This document shows positions 51,524-62,992 of a stretch of DNA of 64,000 bases, piece by piece (position 1 is the stretch's first letter; each line of letters begins with the position of its first letter). The DNA is taken from positions 110,112,001 through 110,176,000 of the forward strand of contig NC_043000.1 in assembly GCF_006345805.1 (NCBI RefSeq). The letters run 5' to 3'. This stretch comes from Octopus sinensis. Its lineage: Eukaryota. The translations under genes and the position numbers were made by a program. The notes beneath the pieces were generated by a model. That model did no database searches and was not told the origin of the DNA. It saw only the letters and a program-made list of their open reading frames with translations.

Positions 51524-51745
51524 CCCTTTCGTTACTGTATTTATTTTGAGAAGCTCTGTGTTTCTTTCAATTACTTTAAATAGAACAAAGAATTTAGTAA
51601 ACTAACTTATGTTATCATTCAGCTAGTGTTAGGAACATAAATTGTGACTAAGGTTTGGTGGAAGATTTTAATTCAAAACTTATGAAAACAAGACATTTGT
51701 ACAACAGAGCCAGAGCCGGTTTCAGCTGGGTTGCTAACGAAAGGG
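51524..51745. mobile_element. piggyBac-like MITE, 222 bp
   Basis: TTAA flanks; TIRs CCCTTTCGTTAC / CTAACGAAAGGG; ends shared with 13447-13547. Confidence 0.9.
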
Positions 51746-52024
51746 TTAAACAGCTTGGATCAAAATATTTCTATTTTACATGAAAAGCACAAATAACCAA
51801 TCAATGATGAGAGGGGAACTGAGAGCTCCACAGACAGGCGACTCATCCTTCTTATATAATTCTCACCCAAAATTAAATGAATTTAAAACAGAGAGAGAGA
51901 GAGACTACATGGTCCTTCCTAACTTGCTTTACTTCACCTCACACTCTTTCATCTTGCAGGATATAATCATCATTATCATAATGATATCAGATAATAATAT
52001 CATTAATAAAAGAAATGGAGAAAC

Positions 52025-52330
52025 TATTGAAATATCAAAGATGTAGGAACAGAAATAACCTGAATGAAGAACCTGAAGACAGAAACAAGCCCTATAATAA
52101 TAACAACAGGGGCTTTAGGTGTGGTCTGAAAACACACAGAAAAATGCATAATCAAAACCCCATGATTTATGAATATAACAGAGAAATTTGCTGAGTACTT
52201 TCAATACTGTAAACATAATAAAATAACCAAAACAAGCCACAGCACATGGCCTAGGCACACAAAGTCACACTTGTAGTGCAGTCAAAGAATGTAATAAATA
52301 CAAGGCTATTGAATGATAATAATAATAATG
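52025..52330 (+). mobile_element. R4/Dong-like LINE extreme 3' fragment
   Basis: PIIITTGALGVV remnant of the PIVIGALG motif; (TAA)n tail. Confidence 0.5.
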
Positions 52331-52342
52331 ATGATGATGATG

Positions 52343-53410
52343 AAACTTGACAGGAAAACTAGAAAGCTGTTGACAAAGTGTGAAGGCCACCACCAGAAAG
52401 CTGATATCAACCGGCTGTACATGGAGAGAGACCAGGGTAGAAGAGGTTTAATTGCTGTGGAAGAGTGTGTATGAATGGAAAAAAGAAAAAAACCTACAAG
52501 AATATTTACAGAACAGAGAGAGAGAGAGACTACTAAAGACGGTGAATAAGGAACAAGCAATCAAGTGTGGAATAGGAGACAAAAACAAGAATGAAATTCA
52601 CAGAGAGCATTTTAGAGGATGCATGTGGAGCAAAATTCTGGGCTTAGTTAAAAAAAAACGAAGCAGGAAGCCTAATTGTAGTAGCCCAGAATCAAGTGAT
52701 AAAAACAAACAAGTTGTAAAAAATATATATAGAGAGAAAGTGTCAGAAAAATGTAGAATCTGTGAAACTTGGAATGAGACAGTGGCACACATTGTTGCAG
52801 AATGTCCCCAGCTGGCACGGGAAGAATATAAGGAATGGAGACATGACCAAGTTGTTTTACACTGGAAGCTTTACCAGAAATAGGGGTTTGAAGCTGGAGA
52901 CACACAGTATGAACATTGGGTCAAAAGAATGCTGGAGTCGGAGAATTGTAGGATTCAGTGAGACTTTCCTATTCAAACAGACAAAAATCTGGAAAATAAT
53001 AGACAAGGAAATGCGAAGTTCCTTACTAATTGATCCATCATGTCTGTTTGATTCCAGAATTGTTAAGAAAGAGGATGTAAAACAAACAAAAAAAATTTTT
53101 TAAATACAATTTCTTAAAACGTAAAATTGCAAGAATTTTAAGTTTGAAAAGTGTAAAGTTGTGCTTATAATAATTGGTGCATTGGGAACTGTAAGCAAAG
53201 CTATAGAGAAATAGTTGAAGGAGATTGGAATAGAATGTCTTGTAGAGATTCTACAGAAAATTTGTTTCTGAGGAACAGGAAAGATTATCAGAAGGATTTT
53301 AAGCACTTGAAAGACTATTGAAAGCTTGTGGATACCTGAGGTTACCCAGGTAGTAACCCGCTACCCACATATATTCTGCCAGGAATAAGACAGAACCTGA
53401 GTCAAGTCAA
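52343..53410 (+). mobile_element. R4/Dong-clade LINE remnant (post-RT region, CCHC knuckle, restriction-like endonuclease)
   Basis: LDRKTRKLLT..HHQKADINRLYMERDQGRRGLIAVEE; CRICETWNETVAHIVAECPQLA..WRHDQV; LLIDPSCLFD; IIIGALGTV. Confidence 0.85.
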
Positions 53411-53654
53411 TAGCAACAATGGTTTCAAACTTTGGCAAAATGCAGTTGAGCGATTACACTGACCCCAGTACATGACTGGTACTTTATTTTAACCTCAAAA
53501 GGATGAAAGGCAAAGTTGTTCTTGGCTGAATTTGAACTCAGAAATGCAAAAGGGGCAAAGGAAATGTTACGAAGAATTCTGTTGGCTGCAGTGACATTTC
53601 TGTCAGCTCACTACAACAACAACAATAAAAACTGACCATACTATTGAGGCAGGA

Positions 53655-54003
53655 AGACCAGATATGACCACAGAGGACAAAATAAACAGAAGGTGTAAGA
53701 TTTTACAATTCCCTATGACAGCAGAGTCGATACCAAAGAAATTGAAGAGAATTGAGAAATACCAGGATCATATCAGCGAGCTGTAGTAATTGGTGCACTT
53801 GGTACCACATAAAAAATGCTGCCTAAAAGACTGAGAGCGACTGGAACTGAGACTCACAGTCTGCAGGAAAGTACCATTCTATATTCTGCAAGAAAGATTC
53901 TTCAAATTTGAGGGGACTTGTTGTCGCCAAGTATCAAGATAAAATACTTGCTAACAAAATTTGCATGCTCTAGCATAATAATAATAATAATAATAATAAT
54001 AAT
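53655..54003 (+). mobile_element. R4/Dong-like endonuclease fragment with (TAA)n tail
   Basis: RPD-like start, IEKYQD, VVIGALGT, LQES..LYSARKIL remnants. Confidence 0.7.
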
Positions 54004-54008
54004 AGAAT

Positions 54009-54412
54009 AGGAAGCCGGACATAGTCTTAATTGAGAAAGAAAACTATGCTGGATCATAGACATAGCATGACCAGCTGACAAGGTATGTGATAAGGAGGAA
54101 AGAAAAGTCGATAGATATGACAGGTTAGCTTGAGAAGTTAAGCAGTTGTGGTCGATGAAAAAGGTAGCAGTAGTACCAATAATTGTCGGAGCCCTGGGAA
54201 CAGTGAGCAAAAACTTCAAGAAGTATGTGGAATAAATAGAGGCTGCAACAAGGGTGGAGCACTTGCAGAAAACAGCACTGCTTGGAACTGCTCAAATACT
54301 CCAGAAGGTGCTCAAAAAATAAGAGGTGTTATCTTAGTTCACTGGTAGTGAACAGCTGACACCGTAATACATCTCCAGCGTTAGAAGCTGTGCAAAGGCA
54401 ATAATAATAATA
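54009..54412 (+). mobile_element. R4/Dong-like endonuclease fragment with short 3' UTR and (TAA)n tail
   Basis: RKPDIVLIEK..WIIDIA..KVAVVPIIVGALGTVSK..LQKTALLGTAQILQKVL. Confidence 0.85.
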
Positions 54413-54459
54413 AGTGGGTTTCTTTGCCCTATGTATCAGGAAAAAACTCAGCAAGAAAT

Positions 54460-54900
54460 GAAGACATAATAATCAAGGATTAGAGAAAAAAATGCCTGCT
54501 TACTGATAGATATTGCAGTGCTTTCAGACCAAAATATTGTTCAGAAAGAAATGGAGAAATTTTCAAAGTAAAAGACCTCGAAATTGAAGTATTTATGACG
54601 TGGGGCATGAAGGTGAAAACAATACTGGTAATAAATGGAGCATTGGGCAAGATAAATAACATATAAACAAAAAGGTAGAAGCTATACCTGGATCCTCAAC
54701 ATAGCACACTATCCAAAAAATAGCCCTGCTAGGGACAGCCCACATCCTACACAATACACTATTAATTCAATAATACAACCTAAACAAAACAATCCACAAA
54801 CACAAGACACACTCTATACAGCAAATATCCAATGAAATAAACTACCACCAGCAAGCCAATTACTCAATGCATTACAACACACAACACAAACACTAATACA
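54460..54900 (+). mobile_element. R4/Dong-like endonuclease fragment
   Basis: DIII..LIDIAV..DLEIEV..VINGALG..IQKIALLGTAHIL remnants. Confidence 0.75.
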
Positions 54901-54904
54901 ATAA

Positions 54905-55420
54905 AAGGATGAAAGACAAAGTCAACCTCAGTGGAATTGGAACTCAGAACATAAGGACAGACAAAATGCTGCGATGCATTTTGTCCAGCATGCTAACGAT
55001 TCTGCCACCTTGCCATCTTAATAATAATAAAAATTTTAAAATAACAATAATAATAAAGGCTTCAAATTTTGGCACAAGGCCAGCAATTTTGAGAGATGGA
55101 GTAAGTCAAATACATTGACCTTGGTCATCATTTTATCAACCTCAAAAGAATGAAAGGCATAAGTTGGCCTCAGAATGTATCAAATCAGAAGAAATGCTGG
55201 TAAGCATTTGGTTCAATGCAATGACAATGCTGCCAGCTTGCTGCCTTAATAATAATAATAGTAATAATAATGGTTTCAAATTTTTCCACAAGGGCAGCAA
55301 TTTAGGGGGAGGGGATGAGTCGATTATATCGACCCCAGTGTTCAACTGGTCCTTATTTTATCGATTTTGAAAAGATGAAAGGCAAAGTTGACCTTGGAAT
55401 TTGAACTTAGAATGTAAAGA
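54905..55420 (-). mobile_element. Three tandem family B SINE copies separated by (AAT)n
   Basis: GATGAAAG(G/A)C..GTCAACCTC motif at about 54908, 55150 and 55375. Confidence 0.8.
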
Positions 55421-56282
55421 TAGATGAATAATAATAATAACTCTATATTTATGTTAATAGTGAGTATTTTAGCAAAAATATTACATTTTCTAGCGGGACC
55501 TGTGAATATTTCACAGAATGGTAAACCTATCGGGTTATTTCTGAAAACTTTATCCCAAAAACCTGAAAGCGTAACCTGTGTTGTGTCTGTATCAAAAAAT
55601 GGTCACTCATCTGCTAAGCATTGAAAAGCGAATGGAATTGGAATATGATGCTTACTTAATGCACTTTATATATATCTACACTTTATGCACAATTTTCTAC
55701 ACTTAACACACAACACTCTCCCTCTTCGCCTTACCTTCCTTTTCTCTCTCCCTTTTCTTTCACATTTTGCCTTTCCCTTCAACTAACCATGTGAAAGCGT
55801 TACAGATGGGCTAAGTAACAGAGTGACAAGCAGAATTATTATTAGATTAACCAGTTTGAAAAATGAAAAAAAAAAATGAAATTTTCAAATAGGAAAAAGA
55901 AAATCTTTGAAAATTACGTATTCCATAATGGAAATCCACCTCAACAGGTTTTGGTGCCTGAGAAAATATTCTCAAGAAATATTACATCATAGAAGCCTGC
56001 ATGAAAAAGGCCAAAAAATGAAAATTCTAACAAGACTGGAGGGGGTGGGGTGGCAAAATACCATTTTTTTTAAAACATCTAAGCAAATTGAAGTAGACTA
56101 AATGATGGTGCAGCATCTCTTAAATGCTGTTACTAGGTATTTTTTTTTTGGAAGGATGAGAGCAAGTAAGTATTATAGAATGTGTGAAAAATGGTTAAGA
56201 AATGAAAATTCTAACAGGATCCCAAAGAAGGACTTGTAGAAAGAACAAAGAAATTAACAATTATACTGTCTCAGAATGTGAT

Positions 56283-56660
56283 GCAGGTGTGGCTGTGTGG
56301 TTAACATGCTTGCTTTGCAACCATGTGATTTCAGGTTCAATCCTGCCGTGGAGTATCTTGGGCAGATGCCTTTTACTATAGCCTTGGGCCAATTATTGCT
56401 TTATGAGTGAACTTAATAGATGGAAACTGAGAGAAACCTGTGGCATATATATGTATTTGTGTTTCTCCCCCACCCTGCACCGCTTGACAACTGGTTTGTT
56501 CATGACGTTTTAACTTATCAGTTCAGCAAAAGAGAATGATAGAATAAGAGCCAGATTTAAAAAATAATAAGTCATGGGGTCAATTTGTTCAACTGGATCC
56601 TTGAAGGCAGTGCCCCAGCATGGCCACAGTCCAGTGACTGAAACAAGTACAAAGATAAAA
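56283..56660 (+). mobile_element. CORE-type SINE (OR-like), full length, diverged
   Basis: GCAGGTGTGGCTGTGTGGTT head through TGACTGAAACAAGTAC tail. Confidence 0.8.
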
Positions 56661-56819
56661 GAAAGTCTGGAACTGGTGAACACCATTTACATCAACAAAT
56701 GAAACAAAACAGCAACATACCTGTACTAGAAAAAATACAGGTGTTACAAGGTGAAGTCAACTGGAAAATCGAATGACCATGAAATGAAGCACTTCACTGA
56801 CAATAACAATGTCCCCTAC

Positions 56820-57170
56820 TGCGGGGATAGGTCCATCCATCGTAATAGAGAGGTAAATCAACAAGCCTGATATTGTCATCAAAGGCAGGAAGGTAAGAGG
56901 TACGCACTTACCGACAAAGCAATACTGTCAAGAAAGAAAGGACAGTCGTGAAAGTCACAGAACTGCTGAGCAAGTAGAAAGATCCTGGATGTGAGGGATG
57001 AAAACAGAAATAATACCAGGGATTATCAAAGCTCTAGGATTTATGAAGATGGGAATAATGGGAAAAAAATTCACCGATTGTGTCCTTAGCAACACTGGCA
57101 TCTTACAGAGTCTTGAAGCTCACTCTATTGGAAACAGTCCACATCTTTAGAGAAAAACATATGTAAAAGA
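56820..57170 (+). mobile_element. Highly decayed R4/Dong-like endonuclease fragment
   Basis: NKPDIVIK, IIPGIIKALG, LLETVHIFR remnants. Confidence 0.55.
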
Positions 57171-59140
57171 AAACTGGTGTTGTTGCCCTGTAATGGCATT
57201 GAAAGAATATCGGACTGGCACAATATTGTGGGAAGTTTCTTCTCCTAGTCAGTTTGCAAGAAACTTGAATACAAAGTAACTGGGTTTAACTGGTTTGAGC
57301 ATGTTTCACACAGAAGCATTAGTGACACAATCAAATAAATAACATCCTGGTTAGCTGACCTGGTGTAATGATTAATATATGAAAAGGTGAAAATCTACTT
57401 CAATTATTGATGTCAAGAGAAACTTGTAATAAAAATTCTGATGAGTTAGCGATTAAGATCGGATACAAAAGGCCTCAGTAATCACTGAAATTCAACAGAT
57501 ACCTCAAACAACTTCCAAGCCATCCATATGCCAAACAGTTGCAGAATATGTTCTTGGAAAACTGTTGGCATTTGAGAGAATTCTCTTGTAAACAAAAACT
57601 CAAGTTTCTGTTGAGACAAAGTTAAATACAATGAAATGGAAACAATAATGTCTTTCCTTTCAGATTAACACAAGAACACAGATTTATAAGGCAAAGGTTG
57701 TAGTCAGCTAAATCAACACATATTATATTATTGGTACTTCATAAAGGATTGTAAATACCACAAAGTATTTATCGTTGTCCACACAGATGCACAGATAGCA
57801 TCCGAAAATAGCAGCATCACAGCAGACTGAAGTTCAATGTATCTCATTGTCTCTGGATATACAACTGTTCTACATTAGCCAGAAGATTGTATATCCTTTT
57901 TATGGTGAGAAACTTCCATGTTTCCAGTAAATGGTGTTACCCTATGTTGGCTGTTTGGGAATCTCTGGCTTACACAACCAATCTACATATAAGATTGTAT
58001 GACCCATTTGTGTGTTGAGAAACTTCCTTGCTTTTTATCAGACTTCTTTGATTCCCTGCATTTTCCGGTCAATGATACCAAAATTGTAAATAATTACTGT
58101 TACTATGAAATAACTGATCATGATTATTTTACTTTGGTAGATTAACGTGGATTAAAGAACTACCTATAAGCACTGGTAGCATTCTACTAAAGTGATCTTA
58201 GTCTGTTGGATGCAACCACTTTTGATAATCCTTGCCATGTCATCCTTCCCAGTTTGTCGTTTGTGCATCACTTATATCCTTATATCCCCTACCTATACTC
58301 ACCTGTCCCACCCCACCTCACATTCAACCTCTTGTATGTTGAGGGTATGTCCTGGTACCTCATCACCACTATAGTCTTCTCTCCTTTTCTACCTGGCATA
58401 GTCATGCATTTCCTCAACTGCAAAACACCTGTTCCTACCCGTCTATCATATTCTTGCCCTTCAACACCTGACATAAAGCCACCTCCCTCGATACTACCCA
58501 ATCAAGGGGTTTCATCTTGCAAGCTACTTGGCAACTTCACTGCTGCTGGTGACATGAAAAATGCACTCCAGTACACAATGTATAATGGTTGGCATGAGGA
58601 AGGGCATCCAGCTGTAGAAACCATGTCAAAACAGACATCAGAGCCTGACATAGGCCTCTGACCTGTTGGATCCTGTCAAAACATCCAACCCATACCAGCA
58701 TGGAAAACAGATCTTGAATGATGAGGATAATGATCAAGGTTTGTTAATCAGTGTCCACAACTCTTTTGTGTTAACCCAAGCAGAACGTTAGACCTATCAT
58801 TCCTTTCTATTGTGGGTTCTACAAGTTTATACAAGTATCTGTGTTATTACCCATACCAAACCTTAATTTTCAAAACAAAAACCACGCAATGGCTACTGAA
58901 ATACATTGTATGGCCATAATATAGAAGAGTGTGTGTGTGTAGGACTGTTACAAAAATATCAATAAACTAAATGTGTACTGTGCATATGTTGCTATATGCT
59001 TTTATGTGCCACCAGTATCTGCCACGACTGCGATTTTGCTCAGCTTGACGGGTCTTCTTCTCAAGCACAGCATAATGCCAAAGGTCTTGGTCAGTGCCTC
59101 TGTGAGGCCCAACACTCGAAAGGAACTTGGCCACTTTGCC

Positions 59141-59177
<37 letters not shown>

Positions 59178-60249
59178 CACACACACACGATGGGCTTCTT
59201 CCAGTTTCCATCTACCAAATCCACTCACTATACTTTGGTTGGCCTGACGCTTGCTCAAGGTGCCACGCAGTGGGACTGAATCTGGAACCATGTTGTTGGG
59301 AAGCAAGCTTCTTACCACACAGCCATGCCTGCAGCCCACTAAGGATTTTAACATAACTCATACAAAAAATACTAAACCAAAATAGGAACAAACCAAACAC
59401 TATACGTATGCCATGTTTTTTGTCAGTTTTCATCTATGAAAGTCACTCAGAAGGTTTTCATTGATCCAGGGCTGAAGTAGAAGACACCAGCTCAAATGCC
59501 ATCATCATTTAAGAACCACTTTTCCATTCTTGCAAGGGTTAGATGGAGTTTAATGAGGTAGATTTTCTACAGTTGGATGTCCCTCCATTGCCAACCTTTG
59601 CCTATTTCCCAGTAAGGTAATTCTTACCAATATCTTTTCATGGAAACAACATCGCTTGTCTGATGGAACTGTTCATTTACAAGTATCATGTAATGTCAAA
59701 ACACATAACAGGCTTCTTTCAGTTTCCATTTACCAAATCCACTCACAAGGCCTTAGTTGGCCCAGGGCTATAAACGACACTTGTCCAATGCACTGTGATG
59801 TAAGTCTGAACCTGAAACCATGTGGTCACAGAAACAAGCATTTTAACCACACAGCCACGATTACAATTGAATTAAACATGTTAAATAAAGATATTTTCTA
59901 TGACTGATGTTCATTTACAACCAGTTGCTGACATCAGGACAAATTACACAGAAACATATATGTACACATACGCGAGAGGCTTCTTTCAGTTTCCCTCAAC
60001 CAAATCTGATCACAAGGCTTTGGTTGGCCTGGGGCTGTATTAGAAGACACTTGCCTGAGGTACCATACCGTGGGACTGAACCCAAGACCACATGGTTGGG
60101 AAACAAGTTTCTCAACTGCACAACCACACCTGCACTGATGATATTAATATTAAACGAGTAACGAAAGAACAAATACCTTGAAGGTAGGTTAGTTGTTAGT
60201 AGATGTATATAGTATATATAGTACATATTACATACTGTATGTATTATGC

Positions 60250-60879
60250 CAGTAGTTCCCAACCCTTTTATTTGAATGAGTTTGCCCACTGGCCTCTTTT
60301 AATATGCTTATACTTATGTCATTATCATCGTTTAACATCCATTTTCCATGCTAGCATGAGTTGGACGGTTCAACCGGGGTCTGGTAAACCAGTAGGCTGC
60401 ACCAGGCTCCAATCTTGATCTGGCAGATTTTCTACAGCTGGATGCCCTTCCTAATGCCAACCACTCTGAGTGTAGTGGTTGATTTTCACGTACCTCTGGC
60501 ACGGGAGCCAGTCAGGTGGCACTGGTATCGACTATGCTTGAATGGTACTTTTTATGTGCCACCGGCACGGGAGACAGTCGGTGGGGCAACTGGCTTTGAC
60601 CTCGCTTGAATGGTGCTTTTTATGTGCCATTAGCACAGGAGCCAGTTGGTGGGGGGACTGGCATCAACCACACTCGAATGGTGCCTTTTATGTGCCACCT
60701 GTACAGGAGCCAGTTGATGAGGGGACTGGCATTGTACTCGCTTGAATGGTGCCTTTTATGTGCCACCGGCACAGGAGCCAGTCAGTGGTGGGGACTGGCA
60801 TCGACCACGCTTGAATGTTGGCTTTTGAATTTAGTTCACAGATCCCCACCAGGGGTCTGAAGGAGGTCGGGAACCACTG
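60250..60879. mobile_element. hAT-like MITE with a nested RTE 3'-UTR (minus, about 60320-60815) carrying 5 subrepeat units
   Basis: TIRs CAGTAGTTCCCAACC (60250-60264) / GGTCGGGAACCACTG (60865-60879); no clean 8-bp TSD; units at about 60478, 60544, 60612, 60680 and 60748. Confidence 0.7.
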
Positions 60880-61252
60880 TACTATATAATGTATGTCTTA
60901 GCTTACTCTCTAACACACTCTTCTTTCCCGGTATCCACAGCAAGACACCTATCTCAGTCTCCGTATTTTAATCTCTCAGCTGGCACATGACCATCCCCAC
61001 TCAATACTCCTCCCCCTCCCAGTTGATCGGAGGGTTTTGCCCTTTTTAGTTTTGCAAGACACTTGGTGACCTTGTCAGTGATGGAGCCATATAAAGAACA
61101 CCAGAGCTGGTTCCATGTAAAAAGCACTGATGGTGGCACCACAATAAAACCACCCAGTACACTGTACGAGTCTAGGGCATTTACCCCACCAAGGACAATT
61201 AGCCCTGAGGACAACAGATGATGATTTAAAACTTCTTAATATATTGGAGGTG

Positions 61253-61550
61253 GAGGCACATGGCCTAGTGGTTAGAGTAGCAGACTCGCAATCAAGGGAT
61301 CACGGGTTCGAATCCCTGATCGGGCGATGTGTGTGTTTATGAGTGAAACACCTAAGCTCCACACGGCTCCGGCAGAAAGTAATGGTGAACTTCTGCTGAC
61401 TCTTTCGCCACAACTTTCTCTCACTCTTTCCTCCTGCATCTTGCAGCTCACCTGCGATGGACCGGCGTCCCGTCCATGTGGGGAACCTATACACCAAGGA
61501 AACCGGCCCTTATGAGCCAGGTGTGGCTCGAGAAGGAACAAAAAACAAAT
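61253..61550 (+). mobile_element. tRNA-headed V-domain-like SINE inserted into a MITE-like repeat
   Basis: TGGCCTAGTGG A-box, GGTTCGAATCC B-box, CCTGCGATGGACCGGCGTCCCGTCCA (V-domain-like, from recall), hairpin tail GAGCC..GGCTC; ATATTGGAG on both flanks; host repeat also at 23280-23425. Confidence 0.8.
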
Positions 61551-61987
61551 ATATATATATATTGGAGAGGGAGTAATTGTTATCAGGGGAGGGGGGAATT
61601 GTTCTGATATGTTCTGTAAAGTGGTCAATGTTAGAAAAGGTATCCAACTGTAGAAATCAAGCCAAAGCAGACACCAAAACCTGGTGCAGCTCTCCAGTTT
61701 GACAGCCCTGTCAAACTGTCCAACCCATGCCAGCAAGGAAAGCAGACACTTACTGATGATGATGATGATCCCATATAACGTATGTACTAAAATGTGGGCA
61801 CTATACAATGTACTCTATGATGTATATAGAAGAATGTCGGTGCTATAATGAGATCAAAGAAAATGGTGTTGAGACAAAACACAGAACATTGATATTCCAG
61901 TAATTCTTCCCCAAACACACCTGACTGTGATTATTTACTATTTTGAAATGTTTGTGTTTACCTTTCAAATATTCGTTTGAAACTTAC

Positions 61988-62034
61988 CTTCTGATGAAAC
62001 TTGATCCTTTATAGAATGTAACAACTGCGTGGAA
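61988..62034 (-). CDS. Candidate 47-nt exon
   Basis: Strong acceptor gatttctcattttcag and donor GAAG|gtaagt; open in two frames (STQLLHSIKDQVSSE or FHAVVTFYKGSSFIR). Confidence 0.45.
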
Positions 62035-62244
62035 CTGAAAATGAGAAATCAAGAAGAGAGATTGGTTTGTGAGTTAATATTACTAAAGACATGGACACTC
62101 AAAAATAAATGCCAATGGATACTGGACAGAAAACCAAGACTGATCTCCATTCCTTGTGAGCATGCCCTGCCACTTTCACCACCGTCTCTCTCCTGAACTC
62201 CCCCTCTTTCCTTCTCTTGCTCTCTCCCTATTGCCCTATTTTTG

Positions 62245-62465
62245 TACTACCCACAAGGGGCTAAACAGAGAGGACTAACAAGGACAGACAAAGGGATTAA
62301 GTTGATTATATCGACCCCAGTGCGTAACTGGTGCTTATTTAATCGACCCCGAAAGGATGAAAGGCAAAGTCGACCTCAGCGGAATTTGATCTCAGAACGT
62401 AACGGCAGACGAAATACGGCTACACATTTTGCCCAGCGTGCTAATGTTTCTGCCAGCTCTCCCTC
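62245..62465 (-). mobile_element. Family B SINE, well preserved
   Basis: Full match to the family including the tail. Confidence 0.85.
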
Positions 62466-62469
62466 TTGC

Positions 62470-62992
62470 CCTATCCCTTGGACTGGTTAACCCCGTGCCT
62501 CCTCTATAGCAATACACCCATTACTGGCCTCAAGCTTGATCACTCCTTCTCTCTCTCTTTCTCTGACTGGGTAACCATGTACCTCCTCCACAACAAGACA
62601 CCTATTTCTGTCTCTCTGATACACGCTAACCTTTCATAATCTGACACAAGATCACCTCTAACCCTAACCACATCCTCTCTCAAAGATTCTTTGTCTTGAA
62701 AGTTACTTGGTAACCCTACCAGTGCTGGTGCTACATAAAAAGCATCCAGTCCACAATGTAAAGTGGTTGGCATTTAGAAGGTCATCCAACAGTAAAAAAA
62801 AACATGCCAAAACTGGCCTCGTCTATGCCGGTGCCACATAAGAACCACTGAGTCCACTCTGCTGAGTGGTTGGTTTTAGGAAGGGCATCCAGTTGTAAAA
62901 ATCCTGCCAAAACAGTCACAGAAGTCTGGTGCAGCTCCTGTCAAAATGTCCAGTCCATGCCAGCATGGAAGGCGGATGTCAAATGATGATGT
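62470..62992 (+). mobile_element. RTE 3'-end subfamily with pyrimidine-rich upstream segment
   Basis: Shares AAGTTACTTGGTAACC..GTGCTGGTGC..TAAAAAGCA with 10340-10680 (minus), 58200-58725 and 60900-61170. Confidence 0.7.

Noticed and set aside
61253-61330. Possible tRNA gene
   Set aside because: It has A and B boxes but no paired acceptor stem and continues into a SINE body; the same applies to the other tRNA-like heads
61991-62040. CTGATGA as another hammerhead
   Set aside because: No helix II followed by GAAA and no helix I pairing; it overlaps a candidate exon on the other strand
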